Positions 50,637 to 62,251 of a stretch of DNA of 64,000 nt are shown here, one piece after another (the stretch's first letter is position 1; every line of letters starts with the position of its first letter). Made by a program: the position numbers and the translations under genes. The notes beneath the pieces were generated by a model. The model ran no database searches and was not told where the DNA came from. It saw only the letters and a program-made list of their open reading frames with translations. The stretch comes from Octopus sinensis (lineage: Eukaryota). Where the stretch lies: positions 74,276,001 through 74,340,000 of the forward strand of contig NC_043002.1 in assembly GCF_006345805.1 (NCBI RefSeq). Reading direction: 5' to 3'.

Positions 50637-51799
50637 GGATCTATTCAATTTGACGGCCAGATTTTTTAATTAATTTTTTTTTAACTAAACACTTTGAAAC
50701 TTCGGATACTGGTACAATGTGTCACATAGAACAGGGTTTACTCTTAACGCTTTTGACAAAATTTTGTATTTTAGAAGTTATTTCGTGTTAAAGTTGTATT
50801 TGGGTAATTTTAAACAATCAATGACGTGTATTCAGCTGAAGAAAATTACTGCTGCTGTTTGCGAACAACTTCCGGATCCATTACACACACACACACACAC
50901 ATTAATAACAGGCAGAAGTTACAGAGTGACAATGGCCAAATTCGTGTTTGATAAGTGCCAATGATATATATATATATATATATATATACATACATATATG
51001 TGTAAAAAATCTCATCACGCGATCGAACCAATAAAAGAGCATCTACCTGGTCGTTCGACACGCTAAAAATAGCAGCCAAAGTATCCCCCTACCTAAATCA
51101 TACGCCCATTGTACGTAATGTCCTAGATTATCCCTAAATGACAGGCTGGAATGTCTTTGATGATAGGTTTGCTGTATCAGAGTTGATTTGAGGCTAAATA
51201 ACAACAAAATTATGGTCCTTAGTGAAAATCGTGCGGCTGAAAAGATAAATGTGGGCGGGTGGGGGTGGGGTGATATTTCCAAGGCTTCCACGTCACCCCA
51301 TCCCGTTTTTCAGACCCTAAAACGGGTTTTGTAGCATATTAGGAGGTCACAGGAATTCATTCAACAAAAAAAAAAAAAAATTCCAATGATTCCAGGATGG
51401 AGGCGCGGTCCCCCCACCCTTTTTTTCCGAATCAAAATAAGGGATTTGCAGCATATTAGGAGGTCAGGGTACTTGATTCCACGCAAAAAATTCAAGTTAT
51501 TTTTTACTTCGTGAAAATCGGGCGAGTGTTTACCATAATTTTGTTGTTATTTAGCCTCAAATCAACCTTGATACAGCAAATCTATCATCAAAGACATTCC
51601 AGCCTTCAGCAAACCGTCTTTTTATGGATAATCTAGGACATTACGTACAATAGGCGTGTGATTTAGGTAGGGGGATAGTTTGACTGCTATTTTTAGCGTG
51701 TCGGGCGACCAGGTTTGAGGCTCTTTCATTGGTTCGATTGCGTGATGAGATTTTGTTTACACATATATGTATGTATGTATATATATATATAATATATAT

Positions 51800-51849
<50 letters not shown>

Positions 51850-51944
51850 CATATATATATATATATATACATACATATATATCATTGGCACTTATCAATC
51901 ACGAATTTGGCCATTGTCACTCTGCAACTTCTGCCTATTATTAA

Positions 51945-51994
<50 letters not shown>

Positions 51995-52239
51995 GGACCC
52001 AGAAGTTGTTCGCAAACAGCAGCAATAATTTTCTTCAGCTGAATACACGTCATTGATTGCTTAAAATTACCCAAATACGACAACTTTAACACGAAATAAC
52101 TTCTAAAATACAAAATTTTGTCGAAAACGTTAAAAGTAAACCCTGTTCTATGTGACACATTGTACCAGTATCCGAAGTTTCAAACTGTTTATTTTAAAAA
52201 GTTAATTTAAAAAATCTGGGTGTTAAATTGAATAGATCC
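50637..52239. mobile_element. 1.6-kb foldback element of the GGATCT-TIR family
   Basis: Arms 50637-51215 and 51532-52239 are reverse complements, including internal microsatellites; termini GGATCTATTCAATTT / AAATTGAATAGATCC; no clear TSD. Confidence 0.85.
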
Positions 52240-52441
52240 AGCGGGGGAACTTCGAATTGCAACTACAATCCATCCGGAGGGTTTCAAATCAGTTTCTGTC
52301 TACCTAATTCCGATCACAATCCATGGGTTACTCGAAAGTTTTCAAAATGATACTTGCCCAAAATACCGTGCAATGGGATGAAAGCGCTAACTTCATGATT
52401 GCGAAGAAAATCTCTTAGTTATTCAGTCATGATACAAACAG

Positions 52442-52491
<50 letters not shown>

Positions 52492-53199
52492 TTCTCAACT
52501 TCGGCAGAATTCGAGCTCTGAGTGCAAGGACGAATACCATAAAGTAGTATGTCCGACCGACGCCATAACAGCTTTGCCAATTTGTCGCCGAATTGAGATT
52601 TAAATTAGGCGGACGAATAGGTAGAAGTTGTTAAAATAATAAACTAATTCGTTAAAGTCATTTCGACTTTCAAATGACAAACACATTTTTATTGCTTAAG
52701 TATAGGAATGTAGTTGGTGTGAGCGTGTATGTATGTGTGTGTGAATATGAGAGTGCGAGAGCATGCGTTTATCTACATGTGTATGACTTTGTATCTGCGT
52801 GTGAATGTGTGTGTGTGTGCGCGTGCATTCCTATTTGTCATGGATTTCAGTGTACTAAAAAAATCATCAAGTACATTTCCCCGCCAAAATCATTATAGTC
52901 AAATAAGATAGCTAACAAGGCACTTGGTCGCTGCTTGGCAAATACTCTCCGGCTCAACTACTTCGTAGGTACAATATTCTGTGTATATGGTGCCCCGAAT
53001 CACCTTATGTGGTTACCTTCGGTTTTGGAGACGCTTTATGGTCGTTATTTTGCTATTCCTGTCGTCGTTGCAATTTATCATTTATTTATTTATCTATTTC
53101 AGGCCTCCTGTTATTACTGATCTCGTCCCGTTACTCGATATTAACCCCTAGTTTTAGTTTTTGTGCTTCGTCCTTGTACTGTCCGCCAACATATTGCAC

Positions 53200-53830
53200 C
53201 CTTATTATCATTAGGGTGGGGGATTGGTCGAATCGTGAGAGGGTCAGGAAACAAATACTTTGCGTCATTCCTTCCACTCCTTTACGATCTGAGTTCAAAT
53301 CCCACCGAGGCCACCATTGCCTTTTAGCCTCCTACAGCCGAGTTCGATAAAATAAAGTACCAGTCTCTCCCCTAAAAATTGCTGGCCTTGTTCCTAGAAG
53401 CAATTACTAAATAGAGTGGCGAAAGGCGGTGAGCTGGCAGACTTGTTACCGCGCCAGACAAAATCTTTTGTGGTATTTCTTCTGACTCTACGGTCTGAGC
53501 TCAAATTTCAACCAGGCCTCACTTTGCCTTCATTCTTCCAGGGTTGATCAACTGAAATACCAGTCTAGTTATTGGAAACGACTAATCCCTTCTTCCAAAC
53601 TCCAGGCCTTGTGCCGAACTAAGAAACCAGTATTTTAAGGGACGGAGAGATAGGAGAATCGCTAGAGCGTCGGACGAAATGCCTTGCAGTATTCGTTCCA
53701 ATTCTTAACATTCTGAGTTCAAATCCTGCCGAAGTCAATTATACTATCAATTTCTTTCTAGGTCGATGTAATAAACTACCACTTCTCTCCCCTCAAAATT
53801 ATTACTCTTGTGCCGAAATTAAAAACAGTC
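53200..53830 (+). mobile_element. Three tandem SINE C2 copies
   Basis: Each with an AGTTCAAAT-type B-box, GCCTT..A core and AAATT.C.GGCCTTGT tail. Confidence 0.7.
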
Positions 53831-55030
53831 ATCAAAGGGTAGTGAATTGCTAGAATCGACATTGCCCTGCGGCACTGAGTACATTCCAAACCGTTCTGAC
53901 CTCAAAATCGAGGTCGACCGTATATTTTTGATGGTGAAATGCATTATACCATCCTTCAAACTTTGTGACCCTTACACCAATGAGAAACCATTGCTTTCGT
54001 AGTGGTTGTTGTTGTCTAAGTGATTATCGAAACTTTGAAGAGTGAATTACTAAAAGAATAAGACTGGCAGCTAGAAGCGAAAATAAATCAACATTTCTGT
54101 CATTCTCTCCCCCACCTCCCTCTCACATACACACGCTCCTTCTCTGTGATATGACCTGTCTCTCCGTTGTAATATTTTCATGTGACCGAGCAACTCCGGT
54201 CATATTAAGAGAATATGTTTATTCACTAATAGTCTCAGTGTCTATCCTTAGTCTGGACTAACTTTACGGATTAAAAATAGTCACTGATAGACTACTAATT
54301 TTTGCGACTATCCTTGCTTCTAATTGAAAACTACGACCACACATTCTATAACATACCAAAGCTGAAGAAATTTCCAGACGGACTATAATCAGATGTACCC
54401 CTCCAACAAAAATCCTAGCTCAAAACTTTACTACTTCATCTAACAGTAGCCAACATATATCATACAGACCCAGTCCTATACCTATCCTGTTAATTTTAGC
54501 GACTCCCAATATTAGTATTTGACTTAAGCTTAGTGGCATTTCGTCAGTCTTTACGTTCCGAGTTAAAATTCCACCGAGGTCGACTTTGTCTTTCATCTCT
54601 TCGTTTGAATTTGAGCTCAGAACGTAAAGACAGATAAAATGCCGCAAAGCATCTTGCCCGGTGTGCTAACGATTCTGCCAGATCACCGCCTTAGACAACG
54701 ATAATAGTAGTAAATTCAACTACATACAACTTAGAGGCCACGTCCACCATTTACGGCAAAATCAACAGAAGAGAACAACTATTTACAACGACGGATTAGT
54801 GTCATTTCTGAAGTAGAGCGAACAAACATATTTAAAAGTACTGAAGAAAATAAACAATGACTTGTGCGTAACACTCAGGTGATGCTAAGATTATATTTTA
54901 CTAAAGAGATATATAAAAAAAAAGCAAAGGAACGGAGGAAAGAAAGTAGGAAGAAAAACTTCGAGGAGGTCTTTAACATGCAACTCCTTCGAAGGAAAAT
55001 CTGAATGGAAATTTACAAAGATTTCATTTC

Positions 55031-55363
55031 GGATCTTCTCCTAACCCTAACCCTCACCCTAAAACCCTAAAGTTAAAACCAGTACAAATGCACGAACGAT
55101 GTCATAAATAACAGTGACAAACGAAATATACACCGCCGATAGATTTTGTTGACAAACAACAACAGTAATTTTATTTAACTGAATACACGTCATTGATTGG
55201 TTGAAATTATCCAAACACGACAACTTTAACACGAAATAACTTCAAAAATATAAACTTTTCTCAACAACACTAAGAGTAAAAGATTCTACCAGTATCCAAA
55301 GTTTGAAAGTGTTTAGTTTTAAAAAATTACTTTATCGACTTGCCGATCAAAAGGAAAAGATCC
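55031..55363. mobile_element. Deleted Merlin-like element with CCCTAA repeats
   Basis: GGATCTTCTCC left end; right end and body match 49560-49842; 8-bp TSD TTCATTTC / TTAATTTC (7/8). Confidence 0.75.
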
Positions 55364-56346
55364 TTAATTTCTAGTATAGTTTCACTTCAGACTTCCCAAA
55401 TGGTCTCATTTATTCACACACACACACACACACACACAAATAGGAGCAAAGCTTACAGTCATCAAAAAGTACATTGACATATGTCCATATAATTCTTTCT
55501 CCACAGGCACAAAGCCTGAAAAATTTCCGGGAAAGGGCTTGTTGATTTCATCGAAACCATTGCTTGACTGGTACTCATTTTACTGACCCTCAAAAAATAA
55601 AAGGCAAAGTCGTCCTCGGCAGAATTTGAACTCAGAACATAAAGCCGGAATAAATGCCATTTATCCATTTAATAAATCATTAAAGCGACAACAAAACATA
55701 CGTGAACAAAGCAGGCTTGGACGTAACATAATAAAATTTTTCTCCTTCCCGACAAATCTATAACCACCGCAGCAACATTTCGTTGTTTTTGCACAAGATC
55801 TCATCAACAAAACTGGTTGATTCTTTCACCAGAGAAGCAATTCAAGAATAACTGTACAATAAAATAAATAAATAAAATGACAGCTAAATTTATTTTCTTT
55901 CACACTATCGAAGTATTTCTCAACATAGTGTACGAGATCCAAGGAGAGAAAAATAGGAGCTAATTTAGACGAAAAACTAATTTTTCTTGAAAATCAAAAG
56001 TAGATAATGAAGAAAAATTCTAATTCGCGACTTACTTAAAACCTTTACTCAAAGTTATAAAACATTAGAGAGCAGAAATACTATCTTCTTCTGATAGATA
56101 GTATCAGCAGACGTTCATCTAGGGATAATTAAATTTTCTCATTTTACAGGTCGATGGGAGTGCAGGGTATGAGGTGTTTTCAGTAGGCTTTAAGTGAGAC
56201 GTCAAAAAGTAATAAAAAATAAAAGAATAGGAACATGGACACAAATTGAAAGCTTTAAATCTATCCGTATTGTACGATAACATTAGCGATGTACACTCTG
56301 AACTCGAGACTGTGACGGAACTATTACTATTTATATTTATTTCATA

Positions 56347-56743
56347 CAGGGTCGGATTAAGACCCACATAGGCCCTACGCACTTAGAAGATTTTGTTATC
56401 CCCATATATATGTCACTCAAAATATAAACACTAATAAACCATACAATAAATCTTTATTTTTCAAAATGAAACAAAAGTAACAGTGAGTTGGTAAATGATG
56501 TTCATTTTTGTATACTTTCACTTTATTTATATTTGAAGAGTTTTCTCTGACTTTTTGATCAGATCCTTACTATGAACACTTCGAAATTATATTTCCGATC
56601 ATATTAACCAACTCGAATATTATTTTAGCAAGTCTAAAGTGATTTCTTTTGTGTCGTAAACCATTTACCATTTCTGTGGGGCCCCTTCTTTCCTTGATGC
56701 CCTAAATATATGCTTATTTTGCTGAATGGCTAATCCAGCGATG
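56347..56743 (+). mobile_element. hAT-like MITE
   Basis: CAGGGTCGGATTAA / TAATCCAGCGATG termini; 8-bp flanks ATTTCATA / GTCTCATA (6/8); second copy at 6267-7113. Confidence 0.7.
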
Positions 56744-57021
56744 GTCTCATATCGCAACTGTCTAATCACAAGTTCACAACGTTGTTTCTGATGCGAGAGT
56801 GAGGAGAGAGTGTCACTACAACTTCGGTTTCTCATCGATGTTTATAGTCTCACTTACACACGGGATTCCCACAGTTTCCATCAACCAAGTTTCCACTCAC
56901 AAGGCCTTAATCAACCAGAAGTTAACAGTAGAAGACACTTAATTCGATTCCCGTCCAAATCCATGTTGCTCCACCACAACGGTTCTAGAGCAACTGGTAC
57001 CAAGACAACTCATTCCCGGAC

Positions 57022-57547
57022 GCGAAATTTTTTCCCCACGAGAGTTCCGGACCCCAGTAATGAACTCATTTGCATACAGCCAATCAGAGCTCACCTTGAC
57101 CATGTCAAGTTAACAAACACACTCTACCAAGTAAAGACGAAGAACGGTGTTGTAAGTCGACCGATCGCCCAAGTTATGCCTGATTTTAGGAGACAAATAA
57201 TTAGACAGATTTGCATCTATACCTATTATCGGATTTTGTTGGGGCCCTATATGGTAGAGATGTGGATGGGAAATGTGGCTAGAGCGTGATGTGCTAGCAA
57301 CTTACTGTTTTACAATGTAAACAACAACTCAACTATGCAGAGGCAGCCATGGTTGAAACAAGAACAAGATCAAGAGGCATTACTAAAAGAGAAAAGAAGC
57401 ATGGTCATTCCTTATCCAAGTGACCTTATCTCATCGCCCATGACTTGTTATGTGCTCATAAATTAGTTTGATAGTTGACCTCTGATTGGCTGTATGCAAA
57501 TGAGTTCATAACTGGAGTACGGAACTCTCGTGGGAAAAACATTTCGC
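57022..57547. mobile_element. Nested MITE (526 bp) with ~75-bp TIRs and 9-bp TSD
   Basis: TIRs GCGAAAT..TTTTCCC.ACGAGAGTTCCG...ATTTGCATACAGCCAATCAGAG; TSD TTCCCGGAC at 57013-57021 / 57548-57556. Confidence 0.8.
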
Positions 57548-57664
57548 TTCCCGGACAACTATCAGACAACTCATACCTGGACAATTGATATCTAGGACAA
57601 CTGATTATATAGGACAACTCATAACAGATATAAAGTGATAAAGATTTAATTTTGAAAGAAATTT

Positions 57665-57708
57665 TGCGCGTGTGTGGTGTGTGTGTATGTGGGTGCGGGT
57701 GGTGTGTA

Positions 57709-57752
<44 letters not shown>

Positions 57753-59472
57753 CGTGCGTATGTGTGTGCGTGTGTGGTGTGTATTTGTGTTTGTGGTGTT
57801 TGTGTGTGTATGTGTGTGGTGTGTATATATGTGTGTATGTGTGTGGTGTGTGTGTATGTGGGTGTGTGTGTTTGTGTGGTGCGTGTGGTGTGTATATGTG
57901 TGCATCTGTGTGGTGTGTCTGTGTGTATATGTGCGTATGTGTGTGTGCGTGTGTGGTGTGTATTTGTGTGCGTGTGGTGTGTGTGTATGTGGGTGTGTGT
58001 GTGTGTGTGTGTATGTGGGTGTGTGTGTGTGTGGTATGTGTGTATGCGTGCACGCGTATGTGTGTGTGTGTGGTGTGTCTGTATGTGGATACGTGTGTAG
58101 TGTGTATTTGTGTGCGTGTGTGGTGTGTGTATGCGTGCGTATGAGTGCATGCGTGTATGTGTATGCGTGCGTATGTGTGTAGTGTGTGAGCGTGGTGCGT
58201 GTGTATGTGTGTGGAGTGTATTTGTGTGTGCGTGATGTGTATGTGTGCATACGTGGTGTGTATGGTGTGTATTTGTGAGCGTGTGTGGTGTGTGCGCGTG
58301 TGTGGTGTGTGCGCGTGTGTGGTGTGTACGTGAGGTGTGTGTGTGTACGTGTGTGTGGTGTGTATTTGCATGTTTGTATGTGGCGTGTGTATGTATATGT
58401 GTGTGGTGTGTATTTGCATGTTTGTATGTGGTGTGTGTATATGTGTGTGGTGTGTATTTGTGTGTGTGTGTGGTGTGCATGTGTGTGATGTGCGTATGTG
58501 TATGTGTGTTTGTGCGTGTGTATGTGGTGTCTGTGTGCGTGTGTGGTGTGTATTTGTGTGTGTGGTGTGTGTATGTGTATGTATGTGCGTGTGCGTGCGT
58601 GTGTGTGGTTTGTGTGTGCATGGGGTGTGTATTTGTGTGTGTTGTGTGTGTGTGTGTGTGTGTGCGTGTGCGGTGTGTATGTATGTGGGTGTGTGTGGTG
58701 TGTATTTGTGTTTGTGGTGTTTGTGTGTGTATGTGTGTGGTGTGTATATATGTGTGTATGTGTGTGGTGTGTGTGTATGTGGGTGTGTGTTTGTGTGGTG
58801 CGTGTGGTGTGTATATGTGTGCATCTGTGTGGTGTGTCTGTGTGTATATGTGCGTATGTGTGTGTGCGTGTGTGGTGTGTATTTGTGTGCGTGTGGTGTG
58901 TGTGTATGTGGATGCGTGTGTGGTGTGTATTTGTGTGTGTGTGTGTGGTATGTGTGTATGCGTGCACGCGTATGTGTGTGTGTGTGGTGTGTCTGTATGT
59001 GGATACGTGTGTAGTGTGTATTTGTGTGCGTGTGTGGTGTGTGTATGCGTGCGTATGAGTGCATGCGTGTATGTGTATGCGTGCGTATGTGTGTAGTGTG
59101 TGAGCGTGGTGCGTGTGTATGTGTGTGGAGTGTATTTGTGTGTGCGTGATGTGTATGTGTGCATACGTGGTGTGTATGGTGTGTATTTGTGAGCGTGTGT
59201 GGTGTGTGTGCGCGTGTGTGGTGTGTGCGCGTGTGTGGTGTGTACGTGAGGTGTGTGTGTGTACGTGTGTGTGGTGTGTATTTGCATGTTTGTATGTGGC
59301 GTGTGTATGTATATGTGTGTGGTGTGTATTTGCATGTTTGTATGTGGTGTGTGTATATGTGTGTGGTGTGTATTTGTGTGTGTGTGTTGTGTGCATGTGT
59401 GTGATGTGCGTATGTGTATGTGTGTGTGTGTGTGTGTGTATGTGGTGTCTGTGTGCGTGTGTGGTGTGTATT

Positions 59473-59503
<31 letters not shown>

Positions 59504-59645
59504 ATGTGCGTGTGCGTGCGTGTGTGTGGTTTGTGTGTGCATGGGGTGTGTATTTGTGTGTGTATGTGTGTGTGTCCGTGTGTGTGGTGCGTATTTGTGC
59601 GTGTATGTGTGTGTATGTGCATGTGTGTTTGTGCGTGTGTGTGGA
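57665..59645. repeat. 2-kb degenerate (TG)-rich satellite with ~0.9-kb higher-order period
   Basis: Diagnostic blocks recur about 914 bp apart (e.g. ATGAGTGCATGCG at 58141 and 59055). Confidence 0.85.
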
Positions 59646-61134
59646 ATGTGCGGTTATTTTATCCTTGATTTTTTTTCAAAATGAAGTCTTTATCACATCA
59701 TGCCTGTTATGAGTTGTCCTATTTATCAGTTGTTCTATATAATCGGTTGTCTTAGATATCAATTGACCAGCCGTGAGTTGTCCTATATAATCAGTTGTCC
59801 TAGATATCAATTGACCAGCCATGAGTTGTCCTATATAATCAGCTGTCCTAGATATCAATTGACCAGCCATAAGTTGTCCTACATAATCAGTTGTCCTAGA
59901 TATCAATTGTCCAAGATATCAATTGTCCAGTATGAGCTGTCCTACATAATCAGTTGTCCTAGATATCAATTGTCCAAGATATCAATTGTCCAGCTATGAG
60001 CTGTCCTATTTATCAGTTGTTCTATATAATTAGTTGTCCGAGATATCAATTATCCAGGTATGAGTTGTCTGATATGAGTTGTTCGGGAATGAGTTGTCCT
60101 GTTATCGGTTGCCCTGGCACATACCACAACTACTAAGTAGTACGAACACCATTGCACTCGTTACTTTTTACTTCACTCAGAACAGATTCCACAATGCGTG
60201 CCTGTGTGCTACTGTAGTGGTGGTGGTGGTGTGTGTGTGTGTATTTGTGTGTGTGTGTGTGGTGTGTGTGTGTGTGTGTGTGTGGTGTGCATGTGTGTGA
60301 TGTGCGTATGTGTATGTGTGTTTGTGCGTGTGTATGTGGTGTCTGTGTGCGTGTGTGGTGTGTATTTGTGTGTGTGGTGTGTGTATGTGTATGTATGTGC
60401 GTGTGCGTGCGTGTGTGTGGTTTGTGTGTGCATGGGGTGTGTATTTGTGTGTGTATGTGTGTGTGTCCGTGTGTGTGGTGCGTATTTGTGCGTGTATGTG
60501 TGTGTATGTGCATGTGTGTTTGTGCGTGTGTGTGGAATGTGCGGTTATTTTATCCTTGATTTTTTTTCAAAATGAAGTCTTTATCACATCATGCCTGTTA
60601 TGAGTTGTCCTATTTATCAGTTGTTCTATATAATCGGTTGTCTTAGATATCAATTGACCAGCCGTGAGTTGTCCTATATAATCAGTTGTCCTAGATATCA
60701 ATTGACCAGCCATGAGTTGTCCTATATAATCAGCTGTCCTAGATATCAATTGACCAGCCATAAGTTGTCCTACATAATCAGTTGTCCTAGATATCAATTG
60801 TCCAAGATATCAATTGTCCAGTATGAGCTGTCCTACATAATCAGTTGTCCTAGATATCAATTGTCCAAGATATCAATTGTCCAGCTATGAGCTGTCCTAT
60901 TTATCAGTTGTTCTATATAATTAGTTGTCCGAGATATCAATTATCCAGGTATGAGTTGTCTGATATGAGTTGTTCGGGAATGAGTTGTCCTGTTATCGGT
61001 TGCCCTGGCACATACCACAACTACTAAGTAGTACGAACACCATTGCACTCGTTACTTTTTACTTCACTCAGAACAGATTCCACAATGCGTGCCTGTGTGC
61101 TACTGTAGTGGTGGTGGTGGTGTGTGTGTGTGTA

Positions 61135-61140
<6 letters not shown>
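59390..61140. repeat. Tandem duplication, 891-bp offset, covering the transposon right end and flank
   Basis: 59560-60245 appears identical to 60451-61136; identical ORF pairs are offset by 891. Confidence 0.92.
59705..60100. repeat. 48-bp tandem repeat in the right TIR (duplicated at 60596-60991)
   Basis: Unit GAGTTGTCCTATATAATCAGTTGTCCTAGATATCAATTGACCAGCCAT, roughly 7 copies with variants. Confidence 0.9.
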
Positions 61141-61210
<70 letters not shown>

Positions 61211-61378
61211 TCCCTAAAACTTCGTGAGTCTTACAAGGATCTGTGCTGGATTATGATTTCATGACGTTTATATCAATATTAATATCCTCTTGGTAAAGAC
61301 AATTGTCTTTGGAGTTTGTATGTGAGTGAGAGAGGCAGAAAAAGACAGACAGATAAGTAGCTAGCTAATTGGATATAT

Positions 61379-61427
<49 letters not shown>

Positions 61428-61489
61428 GAGAGACAGAGGAAGTGTGACAGAGAGAGAATGAAGGCGCTAAACAGTGAATGCATGTAACA

Positions 61490-61870
61490 GATACATCAAG
61501 TTCGCGTTGTCCTTTAATATGTTTTATCTCCAGAGGATTCTTTGATTCTCCTGGCGAGATAAGATTACGCACACATGGAACGTACACGATGCAGACATAA
61601 AAACCGAGATGGACTGGACATGTGCAAACCTGACTTGTGTCTTCTCCATAAATCCCCTGTGGCGAGTTGCCGCTAAGCTGGGCGAAACAACGAAACGGTT
61701 TGAAGGCAAGCCTGAAGACCGCTTTGAAGGAGAGTAACATCGACCCTTCGCAACCCGCTGCTCAGTTTGGTGGTCTTGCTGTCGAAGGGGGATGAAATAT
61801 TTGGAAGAGAAACGTTCGCAGAACAACCGGATGTCAAAGAGTTACACCAGAAACCTCGAACTAAACATTT
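61490..61870 (+). pseudogene. RTE-clade LINE, decayed ORF C-terminus
   Basis: Across frameshifts: LQRIL*FSWRDKITH, PRWTGHV and LKASLKTALKESNIDP, RTE C-terminal motifs. Confidence 0.7.
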
Positions 61871-62214
61871 ATATTTCTTCTCTGCAACCGAATCAAGAAT
61901 TGAAATATGCAGTCATCAAATGACCCACATATGAAGGCCAATATGGTTATCAAATGGATTCGATGGAGAAACATAGGCACGCAAGACCATCTATGAGTGT
62001 ACATGAGGCATACATCCGTGTGTATATGCGTGTACTGATGTGTTAATACCCTAATGTGTGTGTGTGTGCATTAAATTTTGTAAGAATACATGTGTAACAC
62101 TTACGTGGTGTGTGTGTGTGTGTGTGCATAATGTATGGTTGTATATTTTCATGTGATACATTAAATTTTGCAAGTATGTATGTATATGTCCGTGTGTGCG
62201 TGTGTGCGTGTGTA

Positions 62215-62251
<37 letters not shown>

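Larger units (their letters stand above)
56981..60121. mobile_element. Mutator/foldback-like non-autonomous element (3141 bp) with modular GGACAACT TIRs
   Basis: The left arm with the nested insert removed matches the reverse complement of the right arm (..ACAACTCATTCCCGGACAACT..ATCAGACAACTCATACCTGGA.AATTGATATCT.GGACAACT); 9-bp TSD CACCACAAC / TACCACAAC. Confidence 0.75.

Noticed and set aside
57456-59622. Three overlapping ~650-aa His/Thr-rich ORFs and the Cys/Val-rich ORFs on the other strand
   Set aside because: Translations of CA/TG repeats that lack stop codons; all frames are open and there is no domain.
60108-60121. RFX X-box (GTTGCCCTGGCACA) as a FoxJ1 regulator
   Set aside because: Three mismatches to GTTNCCATGGNAAC, and it is simply the transposon terminus.
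59705-60991. CRISPR-like array
   Set aside because: Contiguous tandem units without unique spacers, no cas genes, eukaryotic context.
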